Assembly: GCF_001458695.1 (NCBI RefSeq)
Contig: NZ_LN885086.1
Location: 2,280,001-2,312,000, forward strand
DNA: 32,000 bases
Direction: 5' to 3'
From: Candidatus Nitrospira inopinata
Lineage (GTDB): Bacteria > Nitrospirota > Nitrospiria > Nitrospirales > Nitrospiraceae
Below are positions 1-7,297 of the stretch, piece after piece; position 1 is the first letter of the stretch; each line of letters starts with the position of its first letter. Made by a program: the position numbers and the translations under genes. The notes under the pieces are model-generated. The model ran no database searches, had not been told where the DNA came from, and saw only the letters and a program-made list of their open reading frames with translations.

Positions 1-1208
1 TTGCGACGGCCTTGGGATATCCCTGGTTGGAACGGAAGGTGACGTGGCTGATTGATCGGTTCATCCTTGAGCGGCCTGACTATCAGGGATTGCGTCGCCG
101 GTTGGGCTCCCGCTTGGATGAATTGGACACGGTGGAAGCTGTGTTGGGGGAACTGTGTCAGACGTTGCAACAGGCACTACGGTCTCGAGAAGTTCAATGG
201 GAGCAGGTTGCGACAATTCCTTCGTTGCCTCGTCTGGCCGAGGGCCATTGCAAGACTGATGGAGGGCAAAAGCGTGCACCAGTCGAGCAAGAGATTCCCA
301 TTCTCACGACCCAGGGAAGTCTGATGATGATTGTGCCGACGTGGGAGTCGCCCCGTTACCGCGTGATAGTGGCTGCACGTGAAGATGGGCACCGGTTTCT
401 CTCGGAAGAATTGACGCTGGTGGAAGAGGCGGCATTGCTTGCCGCGCGGCGGATCGACGTGCTACGCACGAGCCATGAACGATGCGAAATTGCTCTTCGG
501 GAGCAAGAGATGCAAAAACTCGCCACCGAAGCGGAATTGCGGGCACTGCGCGCGCAGGTGAATCCCCATTTCTTGTTCAACGCGCTCAACACCGTCGGCT
601 ATCTCATTGATACGGCGCCAGCCCGGGCCGCCGCCACCTTGCGGGATCTCACGTATCTGCTACGAAACATTCTCCGCCGGATGGAAGACAACTTCACTAC
701 GCTGGGCGAGGAACTCGATCTGGTACGCGCCTATCTCGACATTGAACGGGCGCGATTCGAAGAGCGCTTATCCGTTCAGATCGAGGTGCCTCGGGAGCTG
801 CACAGAACGACGGTCCCGGCACTGGTGCTTCAACCGCTGGTGGAAAATGCCGTCAAACATGGCATCCAGCCGTCGATGCGTGGTGGAGCAATCCGCATCA
901 CTGCCTGGCTGACGCCCCAGTCGGCCATGCAGGGCTGTCCCCGCCTGTCGCCGCAATTGCTCTGTTTAGAGATTGCTGATACGGGCGTAGGCGCCTCCGA
1001 AGAGGCCTTGAAGCGAGGCCGGGAGCGGGGGATCGGTTTATCCAACGTGGAGAACCGACTTCGATGCCTCTATGGAGCCTGGGCCTCATTGCGGATTGTC
1101 AGCACGTCGGGCGTGGGCACGACGGTCACGGTTCAACTTCCCGTCGATGAGCCGGCGGTGCCGTCGGTATCATCCACCTCCGTGGCAGTGGGGAGAGGGG
1201 TGGCATGA
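1..1208 (+). CDS. Sensor histidine kinase, LytS/YehU type (5' end lies outside the window)
   Basis: The frame is open to the left edge, with no in-frame stop before the TTG at 12. It has a LytS-type phospho-acceptor region (RAQVNPHFLFNALNTVGYLI) followed by HATPase_c boxes (LVLQPLVENAVKHG, EIADTGVG, GIGLSNV). Its stop overlaps the start of the next gene (ATGA at 1205-1208). Confidence 0.8.
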   Translation, partial: ATALGYPWLERKVTWLIDRFILERPDYQGLRRRLGSRLDELDTVEAVLGELCQTLQQALRSREVQWEQVATIPSLPRLAEGHCKTDGGQKRAPVEQEIPILTTQGSLMMIVPTWESPRYRVIVAAREDGHRFLSEELTLVEEAALLAARRIDVLRTSHERCEIALREQEMQKLATEAELRALRAQVNPHFLFNALNTVGYLIDTAPARAAATLRDLTYLLRNILRRMEDNFTTLGEELDLVRAYLDIERARFEERLSVQIEVPRELHRTTVPALVLQPLVENAVKHGIQPSMRGGAIRITAWLTPQSAMQGCPRLSPQLLCLEIADTGVGASEEALKRGRERGIGLSNVENRLRCLYGAWASLRIVSTSGVGTTVTVQLPVDEPAVPSVSSTSVAVGRGVA

Positions 1209-1996
1209 CGGAGCCGGCGACGAAACTCCGTGTCATCGTCGCGGATGACGAGCGGCCGGCGCGCGCCGTCTTAATCAAACTGCTCGGATCATTTTCCGAT
1301 GTCGAGCTGGTGGGCGAAGCGGAAAACGGGCCGGCAACAGTCGAACTGATCAACCATGCCAATCCCGACCTGGCCTTGATCGATCTCCAAATGCCAGGGC
1401 TAGATGGGCTGGGCGTGGCGCGAAAATTCAAGACCGCGGATCGTCCATTAATCGTGTTTGTCACCGCCTACGATGAATATGCAGTGGGGGCGTTCGAAGT
1501 GGACGCGATGGATTATCTGTTAAAACCGGTGGACCGCAAACGATTGGCCGAGACATTGGCACGGGCCCGTACAAGACTTGAACAATTGGCCCTGACCGAC
1601 GGCGAGGCGCCTGATCTGGAGCCGGCTCGGGCGGAGGAGTCCCCCAACGGGATGCCGTGCTTTCTCGAACGGATCCCCGTCCGTCAAAAGGACGACATCA
1701 TTCTCTTGCCGGTCAATCAGATTGCCTCGGTCGTGGCCGACGGCGAGTTGTTGTATCTGACGACAATCCGGAAAGAACGGCATGTGATCAACTATCGCCT
1801 CAAGGCCCTTGAGCGGCGATTGGATCCCCGACGATTCATTCGAATCGACCGTGGTTCGATCATCAATATCGAATGTCTCAGTCGCGTCACCCCCATGCCG
1901 GGCGGCGTCTTTCTGGTCACGCTCGCGAACACTCAACAGCTCAAAGTAAGCCGCGCCCAGTCGCGCCTGCTGCGCAAGCGGCTGCTCAGACTGTAA
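1205..1996 (+). CDS. LytTR-family two-component response regulator (REC + LytTR DNA-binding domain)
   Basis: Receiver motifs are present (RVIVADDERPAR, DLALIDLQMPGLDG, LIVFVTAYDEYA, DYLLKP). The C-terminal LytTR domain is also present (IPVRQKDDIILLPVNQI, FIRIDRGSIINI). The gene is translationally coupled to the upstream kinase. Confidence 0.9.
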   Translation: MTEPATKLRVIVADDERPARAVLIKLLGSFSDVELVGEAENGPATVELINHANPDLALIDLQMPGLDGLGVARKFKTADRPLIVFVTAYDEYAVGAFEVDAMDYLLKPVDRKRLAETLARARTRLEQLALTDGEAPDLEPARAEESPNGMPCFLERIPVRQKDDIILLPVNQIASVVADGELLYLTTIRKERHVINYRLKALERRLDPRRFIRIDRGSIINIECLSRVTPMPGGVFLVTLANTQQLKVSRAQSRLLRKRLLRL

Positions 1997-2126
1997 AGCG
2001 ACGACACACGCATTGAACAGCCTCGGAAATCGGCCCACGCTGATCCCGCCGGTGTTGGGGAATGCCGCGGCGCGGATTGTTCAATCGATTCAAACAACGA
2101 CGCGACAGCCGGAAGATCGTCAACGG

Positions 2127-2867
2127 CTAGAGCCGTGACCATTCCCGCACCATCGGTCTGGTTGTCGGAAGAGGATCGATACGGAGGTACCAACGGCCGT
2201 CCGATGAAGCAGGGACGATGGGCGATCGATGCACGACACCTCGACTTGTCCCACACCCCCCGTCGCCCTTGAGCACCAGGATCTGAAACGGTTGCGCCGC
2301 ATAGACCGTCGCATGGGGAGGGGCAACCTTTCGGTTGTCGCCCTGTCCTAGCCCCTTGCGATTGACCTGTTCGTCGTCCAGCCATTCGGTGCCGGGACCG
2401 CGCAAGGTGCAGAGCAGCCGAAGGGGGTAGCGGTCGACGTGAAACAGGGGACAGGATTGTTCTCGTGTTTTGCGGAGCGAAAGATAGAGGTTGCCTGCCG
2501 GTGCAATCGAGGCAAAGGCTGCCAGGGCCGGTGCACATTCTTCGAGCAGACGTCGCGCCAGATCGTCTTCTACCATGGTCGCAGCGCCGGCCAGCTTGTC
2601 TTTGGGTAGCGGCAGTGCCATCTGTGGAAGTTCGGCAAAAGGCCTTGTCACGATCGCCTGTTGCAGCGAAGCAGAAGGCAACCAAGGATAGAGGAGAAGA
2701 TTCTTGGTTGGATCGGCCAGACGGTCGATGTTGCTCCAATCGGTGATGATGACCATGTTGCGGGGCAGAGGAGATGAATCGACCGCCATTCCATCGATGC
2801 GAATCGTCGAGACTGAACGGCCGGTCGGATCGTCTTCCGTTGCTGGGTGATGACGGTGTGCTTTCAT
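2127..2867 (-). CDS. DUF1826-like protein of unknown function
   Basis: A strong SD (AAGGAGG) lies about 7 nt upstream of the ATG at 2867. The core CPLFHVDRYPLRLLCTLRGPGTEWL matches my recollection of the DUF1826 signature (C-P-x-FHVD ... RL..TY.G.GTEW). A 268-aa ORF in another frame on the same strand looks like a shadow ORF. Confidence 0.6.
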   Translation of the reverse strand: MKAHRHHPATEDDPTGRSVSTIRIDGMAVDSSPLPRNMVIITDWSNIDRLADPTKNLLLYPWLPSASLQQAIVTRPFAELPQMALPLPKDKLAGAATMVEDDLARRLLEECAPALAAFASIAPAGNLYLSLRKTREQSCPLFHVDRYPLRLLCTLRGPGTEWLDDEQVNRKGLGQGDNRKVAPPHATVYAAQPFQILVLKGDGGCGTSRGVVHRSPIVPASSDGRWYLRIDPLPTTRPMVREWSRL

Positions 2868-2881
2868 GGGATCCCTCCTTT

Positions 2882-2920
2882 TTGAGACTCCAGGTTGAGA
2901 GTCTAGGTTGAGACTCTAGG
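2882..2920. repeat. Three tandem 13-bp units with alternating central bases, directly upstream of the DUF1826 SD
   Basis: Read on the minus strand the units are CCTAGAGTCTCAA / CCTAGACTCTCAA / CCTGGAGTCTCAA. On the plus strand, AGACTC (2885-2890), AGAGTCT (2898-2904) and AGACTCT (2911-2917) are mutually complementary. The middle unit can therefore pair with either neighbour. Confidence 0.85.
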
Positions 2921-3364
2921 GGAAGCGGTGCTCTCCTGTTCTATATCGGAAGAAGCTCACCGTCTGTGGTTGTTTCATGAATGGTCGGGGGAGAGCAGCC
3001 GGTGGGCCTATTGGGCCAACCAGTGGCTATGCCTCCATCGGAAATATCGCCGGGGGTGAAAAACGGAGACGACCCACACAGGATGCCCACCAGGATGTTC
3101 CCCCTCACTGTCCTCTATCAGCTCTTCTTGATCCACGAAGGCGACCGATCATCGGTTCGTTCCGACCGTTGATTGAAAAATCATCGTCAAAGACGTCGCA
3201 TGGTCTCTATACATCACCTCGCGCATGCGCAGAAGTTCTGTCGGGAAAGACAGAGTGATCCGGTAACAGGTCCCACTACGGCGACGCCGGACGCCCGGAA
3301 GGCGGTCAGTCTTCCGTCAATGGGGAGTAGGCGGGACGTTCCATCCACAGACAGGAGGTGTCAG

Positions 3365-3721
3365 ATGGTCAAGGCATTAGTGCGGGATAAGAGGGGTGCG
3401 GCATTGGTGGAGTACAGCCTGCTCATCGCGGGTGTCGCGTTGATGGGCGCGGCAGCCGTGTCGATTTTTGGGCACAAGACCAGCGATCTCGTGGCGGCGG
3501 TCGCAGCGGTTATGCCTGGTGCTCACGCGGACGACAACGCAGCGTTGGTGTCCGGCAAGATCATTGAGACTACCGATGCTGGTGCCGGTCCCATTCAGTT
3601 GGATGTCGCCGGAATCGTGGCCAACACCGACACGGAGCGGCTAGGGAATAACATCCTCGGTGTGGCCAACAATACCGGCCCGAACGCTCTGAGCAACTTG
3701 GTCGTGGAAGCGAACCCATAA
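3365..3721 (+). CDS. flp: Flp-family type IVb/IVc pilin precursor, unusually long at 118 aa
   Basis: SD AGGAGG lies 7 nt upstream of the ATG at 3365. The leader is MVKALVRDKRG, followed by AALVEYSLLIAGVALMGAAAV, which is the classic Flp G/xxxxEY processing motif with Glu5-Tyr6 and a hydrophobic helix. The ORF-track start at 3173 adds a basic, non-hydrophobic extension with no RBS. Confidence 0.85.
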   Translation: MVKALVRDKRGAALVEYSLLIAGVALMGAAAVSIFGHKTSDLVAAVAAVMPGAHADDNAALVSGKIIETTDAGAGPIQLDVAGIVANTDTERLGNNILGVANNTGPNALSNLVVEANP

Positions 3722-3741
3722 GAGGATGAGTGTGTGAGACG

Positions 3742-3784
3742 GGCCGAGCCTCCGCCTTCCAGGCGGAGGCTCGGCCTCTTGTGG
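3742..3784 (+). terminator. Strong hairpin after flp, a likely intrinsic terminator or attenuator
   Basis: A perfect 15-bp GC-rich stem pairs GGCCGAGCCTCCGCC (3742-3756) with GGCGGAGGCTCGGCC (3762-3776) around the 5-nt loop TTCCA. It is followed by TCTTGTGG, a weak U tract. It starts 21 nt after the flp stop. Confidence 0.7.
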
Positions 3785-3807
3785 CATCGTGCGGGCGTGG
3801 GAGAGAG

Positions 3808-5994
3808 ATGAGGCAGGTGGGAGAACAGTCGGCCCCAATGCGTCAAAACGAGCGGAAATTTGCGAGGGGTCAGTGGAGAGGACTGTTCCTGTTGACATCC
3901 ATAGCAGTGACGGTCCTGGAGTCCACTGGTGCAGCAGAAACTTCCGTTTCGTACCGTGGTTCATCGCCGACCATACCGGTTTCCGCAAAACCAATGACGG
4001 TTGAAACCGACAAGCCGGAGTCCACGACGCTCACCATCGTCAAGTCGCACCATCGCCGGCTTGTGATGAAGGAGGATATTGTGCGGATGGCTGTGGGGGA
4101 TACGGAAATTGTATCGGCCGAGTTGGTCACCAATCGCGAACTGCTTCTGCTCGGAGCGGAAGCAGGCCGCACGACGTTGTTGGTCTGGCTGAAATCCGGC
4201 CAATTAAAACACTATCTCGTGATCGTTGAGCGAGATCTCTCGGTGCTCCATGCCGCCTTGCATCACATTCATCCGTCGATCGGTGCCCGCATGGCTCCGG
4301 ACCGCGATGCGGTCCTGCTCACCGGTCTGGTCCCTGACGCGAGCTATTCTGTCGCCGCCGAGGCGGTGGCGAGGGACTATCTCAAGGCCGGCCAGGCCGG
4401 CGGTGGCAAAAAGGGCAAGGCGCGCGCCTTTGTGAAGGGAATCGGGAAAGCTGGCACGGCGGGCAGTGGCGCGAGCTCGTCGTCTGATACCGAGATGGAG
4501 GGTGAGGCTTCTGCAACCAATGAGACCGCCAGAATCGATGCAGAGGTAGAGCCCACAGCGGCGGTGATCAATCTCATTCGCGTCGAACAGTTGCCGCTCA
4601 CGCCGGAGGAAAAAATCAAAGAAGCGATTCAGTCAATCGGCGGAAAATCAGTTACCGTCCGGAGAATTCTCCACGGCAATACGCGGGATGATCAACGGGA
4701 TGTTTTCGTGCTGGAGGGGACAGCGCCCAATCAGGTGGCCGTGGCCCGTATTCTTCATGTCGCGGCCCATGTGATTACTGGCGAGGCGACGGGGGAGGAC
4801 GATCTCAAGGTGTTGGCCGATGAATCGGGCGGATTGACGAGCCGGCGCGCGGCCCAGGCAGGAATGGGCACGGTCCAGCAAGGTATGGGCGGCGGAGGTG
4901 GCGCCATGGTGGGTGTGGGACAGTTGGGGCAGGTGCTGCAGGGGGGAGGAGGAGCGCTCAGGCAAATCCGGCAACTGCAAAATCTCATCGGCAAGAACTT
5001 GGGCCGTGCAAAAATCGTCTCCGCCGCCAAAGGACGGCTGCTCTCGTTCATCACGGTCAAGGATTTGCCACAGGTCCGCTTGAACGTGCGTCTCTATGAG
5101 CTCAATCGGAACAAACTGCTGACCTACAACTCGGACCTGATGGCGATTGCGGGAACCTTCTCTCAAGGCCGGTTGAATCCCGCGCCGAACGCCATTCCCT
5201 TTCAAGGCCCGGAAGCAGCGCGGGTTGGGCCTGATCGGATCTCCTTTCAAAACGTGCTCTCGTTTCTCAATGGCACGTTGGGCAACACGGCTCAGCTCAA
5301 GGCAGGTCAATTCGCCCTGCAAGCGGTCTTCTCGTTGCTCAACCGTCTGAACATCACGAGAACCCTCTCGTCTCCCTCTATGACGGTGCTCTCCGGCGAA
5401 CTGGCCACGTTCACGGTTGGAGGGGAGGTGCCGGTGCCGCAATTGTTTTCTCCGATCATCGGCGGGGGGAACGTCCAGCTGCCGCCGGGCGTCTTCAGTA
5501 CCGTTGAGCTGGTGCCGTTCGGCATCACGCTGGGGATCAGGCCGTTGGTGGGAGACGATGATTCCATCACGCTCGACATTGTGCCGTCGGTCACGTCGCC
5601 GGATCCGTCCCTGACGTTGTCGCTCAAAGAGACGACCGGGGCCAATCAACTCACGACCGCATTCCGTGTGCGATCGTTCATGACCCATGCCAAGGTAAAC
5701 GATGGGGAGGGACTGCTGATGGCAGGTCTGTTGGCCCGTGACCGAACGGATGACCAACTGTACCCGCCGGGGTTGGGTGACCTTCCGGGAGTGGAATGGC
5801 TGGTCAGAAATTTTGCTCGCCGCGACGATCAACAGGAACTGGTGGTGGTTATTAATCCCGTGATCATTCGTGAACCTAATCCCACCGTCAATCTCTGGGA
5901 GTTTCCACAGCCTCACGAGTTGCCGCTGATGCGACGTGTGGGGTCTGCTGATCGTCCGGTTGCTCTTTCCTCGAAAGAGGGATCCATACCATGA
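3808..5994 (+). CDS. cpaC: Tad pilus secretin (CpaC/RcpA family)
   Basis: The N-terminal region is signal-like (LFLLTSIAVTVLES). A CpaC-N/BON-like domain follows (IVRMAVGDTEIVSAELVTNRELLLLGAEAGRTTLLVW). The C-terminal secretin domain is present (LSSPSMTVLSGELATFTVGGEVPVP, GITLGIRPLV, ELVVVINPVII). I prefer the start at ATG 3808 (GGGAGAG upstream) because the 3730 start would run through the terminator hairpin; ATG 3838 is an alternative. Confidence 0.9.
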   Translation: MRQVGEQSAPMRQNERKFARGQWRGLFLLTSIAVTVLESTGAAETSVSYRGSSPTIPVSAKPMTVETDKPESTTLTIVKSHHRRLVMKEDIVRMAVGDTEIVSAELVTNRELLLLGAEAGRTTLLVWLKSGQLKHYLVIVERDLSVLHAALHHIHPSIGARMAPDRDAVLLTGLVPDASYSVAAEAVARDYLKAGQAGGGKKGKARAFVKGIGKAGTAGSGASSSSDTEMEGEASATNETARIDAEVEPTAAVINLIRVEQLPLTPEEKIKEAIQSIGGKSVTVRRILHGNTRDDQRDVFVLEGTAPNQVAVARILHVAAHVITGEATGEDDLKVLADESGGLTSRRAAQAGMGTVQQGMGGGGGAMVGVGQLGQVLQGGGGALRQIRQLQNLIGKNLGRAKIVSAAKGRLLSFITVKDLPQVRLNVRLYELNRNKLLTYNSDLMAIAGTFSQGRLNPAPNAIPFQGPEAARVGPDRISFQNVLSFLNGTLGNTAQLKAGQFALQAVFSLLNRLNITRTLSSPSMTVLSGELATFTVGGEVPVPQLFSPIIGGGNVQLPPGVFSTVELVPFGITLGIRPLVGDDDSITLDIVPSVTSPDPSLTLSLKETTGANQLTTAFRVRSFMTHAKVNDGEGLLMAGLLARDRTDDQLYPPGLGDLPGVEWLVRNFARRDDQQELVVVINPVIIREPNPTVNLWEFPQPHELPLMRRVGSADRPVALSSKEGSIP

Positions 5995-6434
5995 CAGGCG
6001 GTGAGGGTCCATCCGGTCTGTGGCATTTCGTGGTCCCGGCGTTCGGGACCCTCTGGGCCGTGGTGGTTGATGTGATGGATCATGAAATTCCTGATCGAAT
6101 TCCCATCGGTGTGACGCTCTGGGCAATCGGGGCTGAGTGGCTGGGATGGTTACCCTTTTCGTGGAGTTCGCTAGTGCTGGGCTTTGCCACGGCGTTGATA
6201 GCCGGCGCCATTGGGTTTGGATTCCACTGTCTTGGCGGCGGAGACGTGAAATTACTGGCGGCTCTCGGGGCATCCGTCGGCTGGTCGGCCGTCTGGTCTC
6301 TGTTGTTCTGGACGGCCCTGGCCGGTGGATTGTTCGGTCTAATTGCCGCCTGGCGACGAGAACGGGATCTGGCGTTTGCTCCGGCCATCGCCGTGGGATT
6401 GGCGGCCGTCTTGCTGATGGAGGTACTGGGATGA
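5991..6434 (+). CDS. cpaA: Prepilin peptidase, A24 family, short TadV/CpaA type
   Basis: A polytopic membrane protein with two catalytic Asp contexts (VMDHEIPDRIP and GGGDVKLLAALG). It has no methyltransferase domain, as expected for TadV. ATGA overlap with the secretin stop. Confidence 0.85.
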   Translation: MTGGEGPSGLWHFVVPAFGTLWAVVVDVMDHEIPDRIPIGVTLWAIGAEWLGWLPFSWSSLVLGFATALIAGAIGFGFHCLGGGDVKLLAALGASVGWSAVWSLLFWTALAGGLFGLIAAWRRERDLAFAPAIAVGLAAVLLMEVLG

Positions 6435-7297
6435 GGCGAACAATCAACGGCCGACGGCATCAGAGGAGGTGGGCGTCGATATCGAGCAATGACCATGGTG
6501 GCGTCCTGATCGAGTTCGCGCTGATCGCATTGGCTCTGTATTTTCTCTTGGCGCTGCTGTTGGATGTTGGACGGCTAATCTTTACGGCGCAGGCCGTTCA
6601 GGAGGCGGCCCGCGTGGCGGCGAGGGAACTTGCGCTGGCTCCCTTGCCGGGCGCCATGACCTTCGAGGCCGCCATGGAAGACCCGATGGTTCGGGCCAAC
6701 TTGTACGATCCGAGTCGGCTGGTGATTCCCGTGACCGACGATGCCTCGTTTCAAGCGGCGCTGGCTTCGCTGCCTGTCATCAACAAGGCCCTGCTGCCAT
6801 TGATGATCCACGAAACCATCGATGGGGTGGAGTATCTCCGCTATCCCGGCGCGGTGTTGACCGATGGGTCGGGAGGACTGACGGTCGGTATCCCTCGCGT
6901 CGTCTCGCGCGATGACGAAGGGAGAGAAACGATCGAATGGGTTGCGCCGATCGAGGAGATCAGGCCCGATCCGGCTGATCCGGCGAGCGGCCCGTTCAGT
7001 GTCGCTTCGAGCGGCCCGGAGCGAGGCTTGGTGGCGATCCGCATTAACTATCCGTTCCAGGCAGCCATGTTGGTGGGGTTTCAAGGAGGGACCTCGCCGA
7101 TTGTTGCCGATGACGACGGGGTTGTCGAACTCAACGGGCTTCCGCCTGGTCAAGCGCCTGTGGCGCTACCCGGGGCGGTGGGGGTGTATGGGGGGCCGTT
7201 TGGCCTGGGTGCCCACTACAACTGGGGTGTGGTGCGGAGGCCGTTTCGAAAATTGCTGGTAGCTCAAGCCGTCTTCCGTCGGGAGGTGTTGTTATGA
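6431..7297 (+). CDS. TadE-like minor pilin (pseudopilin), large at 288 aa
   Basis: The start ATG at 6431 forms an ATGA overlap with the cpaA stop. The N-terminus HG/GVLIEFALIALALYFLLALLLDVGRL is a TadE-type class III signal with Glu5. The ORF-track extension 6137-6430 lies inside cpaA. Confidence 0.75.
   Translation: MRRTINGRRHQRRWASISSNDHGGVLIEFALIALALYFLLALLLDVGRLIFTAQAVQEAARVAARELALAPLPGAMTFEAAMEDPMVRANLYDPSRLVIPVTDDASFQAALASLPVINKALLPLMIHETIDGVEYLRYPGAVLTDGSGGLTVGIPRVVSRDDEGRETIEWVAPIEEIRPDPADPASGPFSVASSGPERGLVAIRINYPFQAAMLVGFQGGTSPIVADDDGVVELNGLPPGQAPVALPGAVGVYGGPFGLGAHYNWGVVRRPFRKLLVAQAVFRREVLL

Noticed and set aside
1933-2739. 268-aa ORF on the minus strand, in a different frame from the DUF1826-like gene
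   Set aside because: It has no SD and a low-complexity Arg/Ser/Pro-rich sequence. The 246-aa frame has a strong SD and a family-like core motif.
3033-3050. TGGCTATGCCTCC as a possible sigma-54 (-24/-12) promoter upstream of flp
   Set aside because: The GG is present, but the element at the -12 position does not match TTGC(A/T) at the required spacing.
2977-3258. 93-aa and 63-aa ORFs in the flp upstream region
   Set aside because: They have no SD, Arg/Gly/Pro-rich composition and no motif. I treat the region as non-coding pending evidence.
3173-3364. 64-residue N-terminal extension of the flp ORF
   Set aside because: It is basic and non-hydrophobic, and it has no RBS. The ATG at 3365 has a perfect AGGAGG SD and gives a normal Flp leader of 11 residues.
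3730-3807. N-terminal extension of the secretin ORF
   Set aside because: It would be translated through the 15-bp terminator hairpin (3742-3776). The internal ATG at 3808 has a purine-rich SD.
6137-6430. Long upstream extension of the TadE-like ORF, with similar cases at 12282-12359, 13189-13218 and 14037-14135
   Set aside because: The extensions lie entirely inside the preceding genes. The internal starts give canonical N-termini (class III signal, TM helix, lipobox), three of the four with an ATGA overlap or a nearby SD.
4648-6447. 599-aa ORF on the minus strand
   Set aside because: It is antisense to the well-supported secretin and peptidase genes. It is extremely Arg/Pro-rich with no recognisable motif. 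This is typical of a shadow ORF in GC-rich DNA.
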